Both the position numbers and the translations under genes were made by a program. From an uncultured Candidatus Saccharibacteria bacterium (GTDB taxonomy: Bacteria; Patescibacteriota; Minisyncoccia; Phycocordibacterales; UBA2100): 64,000 nt of DNA. The stretch lies in contig CAZWFX010000006.1 in the NCBI GenBank assembly GCA_964633425.1, positions 4,955 through 68,954 on the forward strand. Reading direction: 5' to 3'. Shown here one piece after another: positions 42,856 to 52,759 of this stretch (positions within the stretch are counted from its first letter, which is position 1; each line of letters starts with the position of its first letter). The notes beneath the pieces were generated by a model. It did not search any database and was not told where the DNA came from. It saw nothing but the letters and a program-made list of their open reading frames with translations.

Positions 42856-45285
42856 ATGAGCAGACTCCGTGAAGTGCGTCGTCGCACCGGTTATCACTTT
42901 AATCGCCTCCCCGAGTGGGTGCGTCTATCGCTGACCCTACTCGCCGCTCTCACCTTCTTCGGTCTCGGCGGCATAATCGCATGGGCCACGTTCATGCCGA
43001 TCCCTGATATCAATAGCTTCGAGAACCGACAGGTTGCCGAGAGCACCAAAATCTACGATCGCACCGGCAATATCGTGCTCTACGATGTGCACGGATCGGT
43101 GCGCCGAACATCGGTTCCCCTCGAGCAGATCTCACCGAACATCCAAAAAGCGACTATCGCGATCGAGGACGCGTCGTTCTACGAACACCACGGCTTCCGT
43201 CCGACCCGCTTCCTCCTTGCCGCGTGGGCCGACGTGACGACCGGATCGTTCGGTCAGGGCGGCTCAACGATCACACAACAGGTCGTTAAGAATGCGCTCC
43301 TCACGCGCAAAAAGACCCCGACCCGAAAACTACAAGAGATTATTCTTGCCGTCCGTCTAGAGCGCGTGTATTCAAAAGACGAGATTCTGAGTGTCTACCT
43401 CAACGAAAACCCGTACGGCGGCACGATCTACGGCGTTGAAGAGGCGGCACAGTACTTCTTTGGCGTTGATGCAAACAACGTATCGCTCGCACAGGCTGCA
43501 TACCTTGCGGCCCTTCCGCAGGCACCGACCTACTATTCTCCCAACGGTAACCATCGTGATGCACTTGATGCTCGAAAAGACCGGGTGCTGTTCGAGATGC
43601 TTGATCACAAAATGATCACTCAAGAGGAGTACAACGAGGCGAAAGCGGAGCAGGTGCAGTTCCTCGACGTGGCCGAGGCAGGTATTAAAGCCCCGCACTT
43701 CGTGTTCTATATCCGCGAGTACCTCGAGAGTAAGTACGGCGTGGACTCGGTGCAAAAAGAAGGTCTCAAAGTAATTACTACCCTCGACTACGACCTGCAG
43801 AAAAAGGCGGAAGAAACGGTCGCCGCATATGCACCCGGAATGGAAAAGAATTTCGACGCATCAAACGAAGGCATGGTTGCGATTGAGCCAAAAACCGGTC
43901 AAATCCTCACGATGGTCGGCTCGCGCGGATACTTCGACGACTCAATCGACGGAAAAGTGAACGTTGCGGTCGCGCACCGCCAGCCGGGCTCCTCCTTCAA
44001 ACCCATCGTCTACGCCACCGCATTCCAAAAGGGCTACACGCCGGAAACCGTCGTGTTCGACCTCAAAACACAGTTCTCGACCACGTGTGGTGTGCAGGAT
44101 GTACTTAACGACGAGCCGCCGTGTTACAGCCCCGAGAACTTCGACGGCAAGTTCCACGGCCCTATCTCACTGCGTAATGCGCTCGCGCAGTCCATGAACA
44201 TCCCCGCCGTAAAAACGCTCTACCTTGCGGGCGTCGAAGACTCAATCGCGATGGCACAGAAGCTCGGCATAACCACACTGACCGACGCGTCACGCTATGG
44301 TCTCACGCTGGTACTCGGAGGCGGCGAAGTGACACTCCTCGAAATGACGGGCGCGTACAGTGTGTTCGCAAACGACGGATTGAAAAATCCTCCCACCGGA
44401 ATCTTGCGTGTCGAAGACCGCGACGGCGCCGTGCTCGAGGAATACAAAGACACATCTGAACAGGTACTCGACCCCGAGATCGCCCGTCAGGTAAACGACG
44501 TACTCTCTGACAACGCGGCAAGAACGCCCGAATTCGGTGCCGACTCACCGCTCAACTTCTCTGAATTCAAGGTGGCGGACAAAACAGGTACAACAAACGA
44601 TTTCCGCGACGTGTGGATCATCGGATATACCCCGGGTATTTCGGTCGGTGCGTGGGCGGGTAACAACGACAACAGCCAGATGCAGAAAAAGATTGCCGCG
44701 TTCATCATCGCACCGATGTGGCACGAATTCATGTCGTACGCGATGAAAAAATACCCTGCGGAACCGTTCACTGAGCCCGCTCCTGTTGCCGACATAGATT
44801 CGCTGCCCCCAGTTCTACGTGGAGAGTGGAATACGAACCCTTCGCAAGGTGTCCACGAGATCTTGTACTGGGTGAACAAAGAAAACCCTCGCAGCGGCAG
44901 CGGAGGAAGCACAAATGACTCGCAGTTCCGCTATTGGGACTACCCGGTGCAGTTGTGGGCAAGCGGACAGGTTGCTTCATCCACCGGATCAAGCGGGCCG
45001 GTCGAGGGTATTCCCGAGAGCGTGTCAGCGTTCCGTGTTCTCTCTCCTACTGCAGGATCATTCGTCCCGGTAGGCCGACCGATGACAATCACTTCGTACT
45101 ACCCGAATCCCGGTAATGTCATACAGATCACGTACCTGATCAACGGAATTCCGGTCGGAACCGCCAACCAGCCCCCGTTTTCGGTCACCCATGTACCGAA
45201 TATCCCCGGACCATCGAGTCTCCAGGCGATCGTGCAAACGACAGCCGGCACGGAAACCTCGCAGATACCGTTCACTGTTCAGTAA
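42856..45285 (+). CDS. class A penicillin-binding protein (GT51 transglycosylase + transpeptidase) with C-terminal Ig-like extension
   Basis: EDASFYEHHGF, GGSTITQQ, RKLQEI, SSFKP, KTGTT. ATG 42856 lies 8 nt after TACAAT. Confidence 0.85.
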   Translation: MSRLREVRRRTGYHFNRLPEWVRLSLTLLAALTFFGLGGIIAWATFMPIPDINSFENRQVAESTKIYDRTGNIVLYDVHGSVRRTSVPLEQISPNIQKATIAIEDASFYEHHGFRPTRFLLAAWADVTTGSFGQGGSTITQQVVKNALLTRKKTPTRKLQEIILAVRLERVYSKDEILSVYLNENPYGGTIYGVEEAAQYFFGVDANNVSLAQAAYLAALPQAPTYYSPNGNHRDALDARKDRVLFEMLDHKMITQEEYNEAKAEQVQFLDVAEAGIKAPHFVFYIREYLESKYGVDSVQKEGLKVITTLDYDLQKKAEETVAAYAPGMEKNFDASNEGMVAIEPKTGQILTMVGSRGYFDDSIDGKVNVAVAHRQPGSSFKPIVYATAFQKGYTPETVVFDLKTQFSTTCGVQDVLNDEPPCYSPENFDGKFHGPISLRNALAQSMNIPAVKTLYLAGVEDSIAMAQKLGITTLTDASRYGLTLVLGGGEVTLLEMTGAYSVFANDGLKNPPTGILRVEDRDGAVLEEYKDTSEQVLDPEIARQVNDVLSDNAARTPEFGADSPLNFSEFKVADKTGTTNDFRDVWIIGYTPGISVGAWAGNNDNSQMQKKIAAFIIAPMWHEFMSYAMKKYPAEPFTEPAPVADIDSLPPVLRGEWNTNPSQGVHEILYWVNKENPRSGSGGSTNDSQFRYWDYPVQLWASGQVASSTGSSGPVEGIPESVSAFRVLSPTAGSFVPVGRPMTITSYYPNPGNVIQITYLINGIPVGTANQPPFSVTHVPNIPGPSSLQAIVQTTAGTETSQIPFTVQ

Positions 45286-45291
45286 ATCTCA

Positions 45292-45327
45292 AAACAAAAC
45301 GACTCCCGGAAGGGAGTCGTTTTGTTT
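45292..45327. terminator. bidirectional terminator between PBP (+) and dnaN (-)
   Basis: 16-bp stem AAACAAAACGACTCCC-GGAA-GGGAGTCGTTTTGTTT. Confidence 0.8.
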
Positions 45328-45338
45328 GTATGGGTACA

Positions 45339-46436
45339 TTAGCGATTGAGTGGCATCACGAGGTACATGAATGATGCGTCGGATGCGCCACGGATAACGA
45401 GCGGACGACCCGGCCCCGCAAACGAGAGCACTACACTGTCACTTTCTACACTCGGGAGACATTCGGAGAGGTAGCCAATATGAAAGTTAATGTCTAGGTC
45501 CTCACCGGTAAGCGCTGCGTCAATCGAATCGGACATCTCGCCCACATCATTCGAGCGTGCAGTCGCTGTGAATATCTTTTTCTTCGGATACACATGGAGA
45601 CCTACGTGCTGGTCATTACCAGAAAAAACGCGTGCCTTGCGAAGCATTTCAGACAGATCGGCCTTCAGGAGTGTTGCCTCGGTTGCCGTAGTCTTTGGCA
45701 CGATCTCTTTGTAGTTCGGGAATGTTGCGTCTACGACACGGGAAACGAATCGTACGCCGCCCCCGGAGAGCACCAGCTGTGCATCCTCTGTCGCGATCGT
45801 AACCGTGTCGTCATCGATCTTATCGAGGATGTGTGTGAGCTCAAGCGCGTGCTTGAGCGGAATGAGGAGCTCACTTTCCTCGCTCGCTCCGACACCGGTT
45901 ATCGTCTTTTCGGCAAGACGGAACGAATCAGTCGCTACGGATACCATCGAACCGTCTTTGATGACGATATAGATGCTTCCGAGGTCAGGACGGATCATTG
46001 AGGGTGATGCTGCATAGCTAACAGCCTGTAATCCGCGTGTAATTCGCTCCCTATTCATCGTAATACCCTTTTTAGATGTCGTGGTAGGGAGTACCGGGAA
46101 TTCAGCTTGTGGCACGGCTTTTATGAGGGTTTTCGTTCCGCGTGATTCGATCAATAAGTTTCCATCCTCTGCCGAGAGCGTAACGGTATCGCCGTTGATG
46201 GATCGGATCGTCTGAGAAAGAATCGTTGCCGGCACTGCGATCGTTCCCTTTTCCTGAATATCAGCAGGTACCGTGATCTCAACCCCTGCTTCAAGATTAG
46301 TTGCACGTATCACCAGTTCTTTATCCGCATCGATAAGGATGCACGAAAGTATCGGGAGTGATTCTTTTTTCCCCACTACCCTCTCCGCGATCAGAATCGC
46401 ATTTAGGATTTTTTCTTTCGTCGTTCCTATCTTCAT
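45339..46436 (-). CDS. dnaN: DNA polymerase III beta sliding clamp
   Basis: 365 aa with three-domain clamp pattern, located directly downstream of dnaA. Confidence 0.92.
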   Translation of the reverse strand: MKIGTTKEKILNAILIAERVVGKKESLPILSCILIDADKELVIRATNLEAGVEITVPADIQEKGTIAVPATILSQTIRSINGDTVTLSAEDGNLLIESRGTKTLIKAVPQAEFPVLPTTTSKKGITMNRERITRGLQAVSYAASPSMIRPDLGSIYIVIKDGSMVSVATDSFRLAEKTITGVGASEESELLIPLKHALELTHILDKIDDDTVTIATEDAQLVLSGGGVRFVSRVVDATFPNYKEIVPKTTATEATLLKADLSEMLRKARVFSGNDQHVGLHVYPKKKIFTATARSNDVGEMSDSIDAALTGEDLDINFHIGYLSECLPSVESDSVVLSFAGPGRPLVIRGASDASFMYLVMPLNR

Positions 46437-46673
46437 ACTTATTTAATTAAAGACTATTACTACTACTAGTGACTGGGATAACGGGATAACTCAGAAAGAG
46501 CTAGGAAATACGCGATAATTTCTGTCTCCGACACCCGTGGATAACTGCTGCGCGAGGACTGTGTCGTCTGTGGACGAACGTGCGTTGGAGAAGTACACCG
46601 TGCTATTCATTGAGACTTCATAGTGTTGTACCCTGCGTTCTTCCCCTGTTTGTGCAGGTGATATCCACATAGG
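46437..46673. other. dnaA-dnaN spacer with DnaA-box-like sites and AT-rich tract (possible second half of a bipartite oriC)
   Basis: CGTGGATAA 46536-46544 and ATATCCACA 46661-46669 (each 8/9 to TTATCCACA). AT-rich 46439-46470. Confidence 0.4.
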
Positions 46674-48038
46674 CTAGGCGTGAATCAGCGCGCGAATGTG
46701 GTCGAGCTCCTGTTCGAGCGAGCTCGAATTTTTCATCTCCTCCTTAATTTTCTCGCACGAGTGAATAACTGTCGTGTGATCGCGGCCGCCGAGCTTCTCG
46801 CCGATCGACGGATATGAGACTGCGAACTCTTCGCGCAATACGTACATAATGATCTGGCGGGGCTTCACGACCTCTTTCTTGCGAGTTTTCTCGTAGATGC
46901 TCTTCTCCGGCACTTCGTAGTACTGCGCGATACGGCGCACGACTTCGTCGATAGAGACTCCGCGGTTCGGTTTTACGTTGTGTTTGATGAGTGCACGCAC
47001 ATCCGCGTGCGAGATAGCCTTCCCTTTCAGTTGGGACTTACAGACGATCATATTGAGTACTCCCTCGAGCTCACGGATGTTACCTCGTACGTTCTCGGCA
47101 ATGTACTGAATGATGTCTGCGGGAATGGAAAAGCCGTGTTGCTCGATTTTTGCGCCTATGATGGCGGTTCGGCTCTCTACATCAGGCTCAGGGATCTCTG
47201 CAATCATGCCACCCGAGAACCGTCCTTTCAGGCGGTCTTCAAAGCCCGGCAACAGTGCCGGATGCTTGTCTGACGAGAAAACGATCTGTTTATTGTTGTC
47301 GCGCAGAGCGTTGAAGAGGTGGAACAGTTCCTCCTGGGTCTTCTCTGTATTTGCGATGAACTGGACGTCGTCCATGATGAGCACGTCGTACTGGCGGTAC
47401 TGGTCCTTGAAGTTATTGGCGTGACCCGCACGTACCGCGTTGATGTAGTCGATCGCGAAGCGCTCAGACGTTACGTAGAGCACCTTCTTGTTCGCGTGTG
47501 ACTTCTTGAAGTAGTTCCCTATCGCCTGGATAAGGTGAGTCTTTCCGTGACCGGTCGATCCGTAAATAAAAAGCGGGTTATATGCGAGTCCCGGGCGCTC
47601 AAGTACGGCCTTGGCCGCAGCGTGAGCGAGCTGGTTAAACGGGCCCACGACGAATGTCTCAAATGTGTAACGCGGGTTCAGGTTGTCGCGCTTGTCTATA
47701 TAGAGCGACTGGAGGTCGAACGAGGCGTTCTGAGGTGCCTCCTGCTTTTGTGGCTTGCGATCCTGCTGCGGTGCTGTGCGGTGCACTACGTATTCGACCG
47801 TTCGGATGGACGAATCGAGCGAGCGAAGCGCTTTCATGATGAGCTTGTGATGCTTGTCGGAGAGCCATTCCTTCACGATCTTGGACGGAACGGCGACCTG
47901 CACTGTTCCCCCGTCGCGGTGAGCGACATCAGTATTACGAAACCATGTTCGGAACGATGCTTCAGAAGTGCCCAACTCTATCTGTACGAGTGCGTTCTGC
48001 CATAGTTCACGGTTTGTCATCATAATTGTGGGGTACAT
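46674..48038 (-). CDS. dnaA: chromosomal replication initiator protein DnaA
   Basis: GSTGHGKTHL, IMDDVQF, RGNIRELEG, C-terminal ..IGEKLGGRDHTTVIHSCEKI. Confidence 0.95.
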   Translation of the reverse strand: MYPTIMMTNRELWQNALVQIELGTSEASFRTWFRNTDVAHRDGGTVQVAVPSKIVKEWLSDKHHKLIMKALRSLDSSIRTVEYVVHRTAPQQDRKPQKQEAPQNASFDLQSLYIDKRDNLNPRYTFETFVVGPFNQLAHAAAKAVLERPGLAYNPLFIYGSTGHGKTHLIQAIGNYFKKSHANKKVLYVTSERFAIDYINAVRAGHANNFKDQYRQYDVLIMDDVQFIANTEKTQEELFHLFNALRDNNKQIVFSSDKHPALLPGFEDRLKGRFSGGMIAEIPEPDVESRTAIIGAKIEQHGFSIPADIIQYIAENVRGNIRELEGVLNMIVCKSQLKGKAISHADVRALIKHNVKPNRGVSIDEVVRRIAQYYEVPEKSIYEKTRKKEVVKPRQIIMYVLREEFAVSYPSIGEKLGGRDHTTVIHSCEKIKEEMKNSSSLEQELDHIRALIHA

Positions 48039-48218
48039 CGTCTATGCAGTGAGAACAATGCTCCGCATTATACGCACTTCGTGCTCGTATGGAATCTTGA
48101 CCGAGGGTCTCGGGGGTGTTCACAACTATGTGGATAACGCGGGGATATGTTTTTTTGCTCTCGTTGAATTTTTTTTCGCACGTTGCGTTTTTCATCTGCC
48201 TGTCGCATACTGCGCCGC
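48039..48218. other. putative oriC (dnaA-rpmH spacer)
   Basis: Perfect DnaA box TGTGGATAA at 48129-48137, followed by the T/A-rich tract TATGTTTTTTTGCTCTCGTTGAATTTTTTTT (48146-48176). Gene strand bias switches here. Confidence 0.6.
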
Positions 48219-48359
48219 ATGTCGACCAAGCGAACATATCAACCCAAGAAGCGAAAGCGTGTAAAGACGCACGGTTTCCGAGCGCGCACAAAGTCTGCGA
48301 CCGGTAAGGCCGTACTCGTCCGCCGCCGCCGCAAGGGCCGAGCGAAGCTCACGGTCTAA
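48219..48359 (+). CDS. rpmH: 50S ribosomal protein L34
   Basis: Below the ORF-track size cutoff. Hand translation: [46 protein letters not shown]. Confidence 0.9.
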   Translation: MSTKRTYQPKKRKRVKTHGFRARTKSATGKAVLVRRRRKGRAKLTV

Positions 48360-48373
48360 GACCGTTCCTGGCC

Positions 48374-48700
48374 ATGCCTAAAAAGCAGCGGCTTACAGGG
48401 GGCGAAATTCGTCGCCTCAAACCTGAAAAAAGGCTTGTTTCAAGCCTTTTTTCGCTTTCGTATGCGCGCGATACGGGTGCCGGGAAGGCTGCGTGTGTAG
48501 TGTCTAAAAAGGTCTCCGTCCGCGCGGTCGACCGCAATACCGTGAAGCGTCGGATGCGAGCTGCTTTGCGGGCGCTCGCTCCCCTACCCCCGCATGTCTC
48601 TATGGTAATAGCCGCCAAGAAGGCGGTGACCGCGGTCTCGTACAAGGAGCTTCACACAGATCTCGAAGCGCTCATCGGACGCGTTCATAGCGGGAAATAA
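48374..48700 (+). CDS. rnpA: ribonuclease P protein component
   Basis: 108 aa, basic, KKVSVRAVDRNTVKRRMRAALR. Canonical position after rpmH. Confidence 0.85.
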   Translation: MPKKQRLTGGEIRRLKPEKRLVSSLFSLSYARDTGAGKAACVVSKKVSVRAVDRNTVKRRMRAALRALAPLPPHVSMVIAAKKAVTAVSYKELHTDLEALIGRVHSGK

Positions 48701-48727
48701 TCTCAGAGAGTACAATACGCGAACCAT

Positions 48728-49462
48728 ATGATCTCCTCAGCATTTCACGCGGCCGTGTATCTCCCGATCTATAACGCACTTGTCTACTTTGTCGACGTAG
48801 TGCCGACGCACGATATCGGCATCGCGGTCATCATCGTCACGATCATTGTGCGCCTGATCCTCTTCCCGCTTGCACGCCGGGCTATCAAGTCTCAGATGGC
48901 TATGAAGGCGGTTGCCCCAGAGATTGAGGAGCTTAAGAAAAAATACAAGGATAAGCCGGAAGAACAGGGTCGCGCTATGTTTGCGCTATACCGGGAGCGT
49001 AAGGTGAATCCGTTCTCAGGGTTCTTGCTCCTGTTGCTCCAGCTCCCAATCCTGCTCGGTCTCTACTGGGTATTCGCTCGTGGCGGGTTTCCGGTGGTAA
49101 AGCCGGAAATGCTCTATTCGTTCGTCGCGGTGCCGGAGGCAGTGAACATGCACTTCGTAGGCCTCATTGATATGGGAGGAAAAAGCATCCTTTTGGCCGT
49201 TTTAGTGGCTATAACACAGGCTATTTACACCCGTCTCTCCATGGGTCCTCAGGGCACCATAACCCAGACCGAAGCATCGTTCTCGGACGAAATGGCGAAG
49301 AGCTTCGATGTCCAGGCGCGTTACGTGCTGCCTGTCGTCATTGGAATCGTGTCCTACTTTGTTGCCGCCGCCGCACCGTTGTACTGGGTCACCAGCAACG
49401 TTTTTATGATCGGACAAGAGATTTTCGTCGGTCGCCGCTTTCACGGCCGTCACGTGCAGTAA
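48728..49462 (+). CDS. yidC: membrane protein insertase YidC (short form)
   Basis: ILFPL..KSQMAMKAVAPEIEELKKKYKD..NPFSGFLLLLLQLPIL. Confidence 0.85.
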   Translation: MISSAFHAAVYLPIYNALVYFVDVVPTHDIGIAVIIVTIIVRLILFPLARRAIKSQMAMKAVAPEIEELKKKYKDKPEEQGRAMFALYRERKVNPFSGFLLLLLQLPILLGLYWVFARGGFPVVKPEMLYSFVAVPEAVNMHFVGLIDMGGKSILLAVLVAITQAIYTRLSMGPQGTITQTEASFSDEMAKSFDVQARYVLPVVIGIVSYFVAAAAPLYWVTSNVFMIGQEIFVGRRFHGRHVQ

Positions 49463-49525
49463 AAGCATCACGTTTGATTGGGCGTCAAGTCGCGCACCGT
49501 TTGAATTGAGAGTATAGTGCCCTTC

Positions 49526-49993
49526 ATGCACGCAACGGTTGAAACAATTTTGAAGGAACTGCTTGCCTCGATGGGGCTTGGGACCGCCAAAGTCAGCCAC
49601 GCAGAAGTCGCCGGTCAGGCCATTTTTTCCATACAGACTGAGGATCCGGCCGAGGCTCGAGCACTCATCGGGGCGCACGGCGATACGGTTCACGCTATCG
49701 ATATGTTGGTAAAGAAGATCGCAGAAAAGCGACTCTCTGCCGAGGACTCCGAGAATATGCACTTCCTTGTGGATGTGAACGACTACCGAGTGAAGCAGAT
49801 CAAGGACCTGCAGACCAAGGCTCTTATGATGGCGGAGCGCGCCCGATCATTCCAGTACGACGTTGAGCTCTCCCCCATGAGCGCTTACGAGCGACTCATC
49901 GTGCACACGACGCTCCAGGATGCCCCGAATGTAAAGACCGAATCAGCCGGCGAAGGCCGAAATCGTCGCGTAGTGATCAAATACGCTGCGTAA
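49526..49993 (+). CDS. jag: Jag/KhpB-like RNA-binding protein (KH + R3H)
   Basis: C-terminal LSPMSAYERLIVHTTLQD (R3H). ATG 49526 lies 7 nt after TATAGT. Confidence 0.75.
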   Translation: MHATVETILKELLASMGLGTAKVSHAEVAGQAIFSIQTEDPAEARALIGAHGDTVHAIDMLVKKIAEKRLSAEDSENMHFLVDVNDYRVKQIKDLQTKALMMAERARSFQYDVELSPMSAYERLIVHTTLQDAPNVKTESAGEGRNRRVVIKYAA

Positions 49994-50004
49994 CGCCCTG
50001 AAAA

Positions 50005-50037
50005 CAAGAAGACGGCACGACGGTGCCGTCTTTTTGT
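50005..50037. terminator. bidirectional terminator (jag + / T4SS-like operon -)
   Basis: AAGAAGACGGCAC-GACG-GTGCCGTCTTTTT. Confidence 0.75.
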
Positions 50038-50051
50038 TTGGAGTACCGTAC

Positions 50052-50507
50052 TTATTTGGAACCGATACCCCCCTGCCCCAGCGGTGTCGTCTGTTTGGGT
50101 GTCACGTATTTGATATTGAGCTGTGTGAGTTGCGGGTTGATCTGGTTCAGGATGAGATACACGCTCAAAAGCAGCAAGAGTCCGATCATTACGTCGCCTA
50201 GTATCTCTTTGGCGTGCGACTTCTCCCCCCATGCGTCTGACGACATGTATTGCCATCCGGCGTAGCCGATGCGGAGTACTGCGAGGATCGCTCCGATCGA
50301 AAGTGCGACCTTAAATGCGGAACCAACGAACGAGCCTAGGTCATTGAAGCCGGAACTGTTGACGCTGTTCACGCCGAAGATCTTAGAAAAATCGGCATTC
50401 TTGGTGAGCGGCACAAAGCCTCCCTGCGCGTGCGAGAGCACGGGAACGGCAAGAGCGAGCGCAAACAGGATCAGAAATGTGAATGTGAGAGTTCGCGTGA
50501 TGCGCAT
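50052..50507 (-). CDS. VirB2/TrbC-like pilin candidate
   Basis: Signal peptide MRITRTLTFTFLILFALALAVPVLSHA plus two hydrophobic helices separated by a short loop. ATG 50507. Confidence 0.5.
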   Translation of the reverse strand: MRITRTLTFTFLILFALALAVPVLSHAQGGFVPLTKNADFSKIFGVNSVNSSGFNDLGSFVGSAFKVALSIGAILAVLRIGYAGWQYMSSDAWGEKSHAKEILGDVMIGLLLLLSVYLILNQINPQLTQLNIKYVTPKQTTPLGQGGIGSK

Positions 50508-50514
50508 AGGTACA

Positions 50515-51747
50515 TTATTCACTGATTCTGAGCAGCCAGAGTGACTTATCCGCAGCATCGCGGAATCCGATCGCTGAGCCCGTTTCGTCCATCATCGGCT
50601 CCTCTACATCAAAGTCGGTGCGAGTATCCGGTACGAAGAACCGTGTCGCTGTTCCGGCTGCAGCTTCCACTCGCCACCAGATATCGTGCGTATGAACTGC
50701 CCCTGCGTACCAGCCGGCAAGGTACCCGTTCTTCGGAGATTCCGCCGGCACTGCGCAGTACGCTATGAGTCCGGCACCCGGTGCCCATACGCATTTGTCC
50801 GCCGTCGTCTCGAGCGGCAGTCTGATAGCATCGCTACCCTCGTTCTTTACATAGAGTGCGAGCTTGCCGTCCTCGACCGCCCCGTAGAGATAGGCCTCTG
50901 CGGTGTCATGGTAGCGAACGGTCAGGCCGTTCACGTTCGAGACGAGCGGCTTCATGGTGCCTGACGGCGAGACGATGAACGAGTACCCCGATGCGGTGTC
51001 CGATGCAGCCTGGACGATAACAGCTCGACCGTCGGCAAGCGCCTGCGCCCTCCACTGATACAGCGGTGAGACGAAAATCTTTTTTGTGTTTGTCCCCTTC
51101 CAGCCCGAAGAGACGCCGATCGAGCCCCCTTCTGCAAGTTTTGCGATGTAGAAAATATTCTTTGCGGTCGTCTGGTAGTTGGGAGTGTCCAAGGCAACGA
51201 TATTCTGCGGCAGGTACGTGCCTTCGAGCACATTCGGTGTCGAGGTCGAGGTGATCACGCTGGTCGTTGCAATGGAAGCGGCGAATGTTGTCACCACGTC
51301 CTGCTCGTTGGTCGTGCGCAGTATCACGTCACCCGAGCGGCTGAACCGCGCATCCATAATCTTCGGCATGAGTGTGTTCGTGAGACGAATGATGCTGCTC
51401 GTGTTGGGGTCGGCTCGCATGATGTTACCCGTTGCTCGCTCTGCGATGTAGATTGATGCTCCGGACGGACCGAATCCGAACCCTGCGATCGGAGTGCGGG
51501 TCACATGCCACAGGCGCGGTGCGCGGCTTCCGATCTCAGAGGTGGACGTACCGGTATCCCCCGAGATGTTCTGGTAGGTGCTTCCGGCACCGCCCGAGAA
51601 CGAGGCCTCTTCGGTGTTGCCTCGTGCGGTGATCTCGGAGGACGTCTCTGCAGTCTTGTTCTTTATAAAAAAGTACCACCCGGCGGAGCCGCCGATGATC
51701 ACGACCAACAGTGCGACGAGCGTGAATTGAATGATTGAGTTACGCAT
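50515..51747 (-). CDS. anchored extracytoplasmic protein, beta-propeller-like
   Basis: N-terminal TM, then repetitive beta-strand-rich sequence. Start ATG 51747 abuts the upstream stop. Confidence 0.5.
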   Translation of the reverse strand: MRNSIIQFTLVALLVVIIGGSAGWYFFIKNKTAETSSEITARGNTEEASFSGGAGSTYQNISGDTGTSTSEIGSRAPRLWHVTRTPIAGFGFGPSGASIYIAERATGNIMRADPNTSSIIRLTNTLMPKIMDARFSRSGDVILRTTNEQDVVTTFAASIATTSVITSTSTPNVLEGTYLPQNIVALDTPNYQTTAKNIFYIAKLAEGGSIGVSSGWKGTNTKKIFVSPLYQWRAQALADGRAVIVQAASDTASGYSFIVSPSGTMKPLVSNVNGLTVRYHDTAEAYLYGAVEDGKLALYVKNEGSDAIRLPLETTADKCVWAPGAGLIAYCAVPAESPKNGYLAGWYAGAVHTHDIWWRVEAAAGTATRFFVPDTRTDFDVEEPMMDETGSAIGFRDAADKSLWLLRISE

Positions 51748-51748
51748 A

Positions 51749-52759
51749 TTATTTGCCGGTGAACGGGTCAACGCTCGCTCCGGATTGCGTGGAGCCGCCG
51801 AGTGTACCGAATGTCACGTTCCAGAGTCCGTGTGCGTCGAGACGGAAGTTTTTCTTATGAGTGAGCGACAGCTCTATGAGACCGACGCCGCCTTCCGCCC
51901 CGGCGTTGATTGTGAGCGTTGCCGGACGTTCTTTGTTGGCTTCTACGGGGGCCTTGTTCACACGCCAGATGTAGGTGAACTGTTTGTCGTTCGGACCGTC
52001 AGCAAATGCAAAGTACGGGATTGCAGTGAATGTCATTTCGGTGTCTCCGAGGGAGGTCTCGGCGGGCACCGCATTGTGATACATGGTTCCGTAGAGCGGA
52101 TGCTCGAAATACAACTGCGTCATTGGTACAACGGTTGCGATCGCTGCAGTACGGTCGGCGCCGAGCGTCCGGTCGGATGTCGTTACGCTGACGCTGATGG
52201 TGTTGGTTTGTGAAAATTCCGCAACCGGCACGCTGAGCGAGGTCTTTCCGCGTCCGCTCAAGAGCGTCTCCCCGCTCTGTGTCCATGTGTAGACGAGCTG
52301 CGACGCCGGGATCTCTACGCCATCCTTTGCAAAATGCGGCAATGCCTGCAGGGTGATCGAAGCGCCGAGGCTCGGAAGATGACGTCCGCGGTAGAGGCCC
52401 GGTGCGTAGGTATTTGCTTCCCAGAGCAGATCGACAGACAGCGGTATTATGGAAAGCGAAGCGTCGCCGTCCACGCCGTCCACGCGGACCGACATATCGG
52501 CACGCTCTCCGCTTTGCGGCGCCTTCATTTTGAATACAGTCTCACCCTCCCCTTCCGCAACAATAGTTCCGCTGTTGCGCCACGAGATCTGGCGCTGTGT
52601 AAGATCCATCACCGGGCTCTGTACCGTAAGTGTGACCGCTTCACCCGGGCGCGGGTACTGCGGCGTGACGGAAACGAACAACCTCGGTCCATTGAACAGC
52701 TCCTGTGCCGAAGCCGGAAGTGCAAGGAGCAACACGACGAGAAAGACGATGTACCTCAT
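51749..52759 (-). CDS. secreted protein (336 aa), Ig-like beta-rich
   Basis: Signal peptide MRYIVFLVVLLLALPASA. ATGA overlap with virB4. Confidence 0.5.
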   Translation of the reverse strand: MRYIVFLVVLLLALPASAQELFNGPRLFVSVTPQYPRPGEAVTLTVQSPVMDLTQRQISWRNSGTIVAEGEGETVFKMKAPQSGERADMSVRVDGVDGDASLSIIPLSVDLLWEANTYAPGLYRGRHLPSLGASITLQALPHFAKDGVEIPASQLVYTWTQSGETLLSGRGKTSLSVPVAEFSQTNTISVSVTTSDRTLGADRTAAIATVVPMTQLYFEHPLYGTMYHNAVPAETSLGDTEMTFTAIPYFAFADGPNDKQFTYIWRVNKAPVEANKERPATLTINAGAEGGVGLIELSLTHKKNFRLDAHGLWNVTFGTLGGSTQSGASVDPFTGK

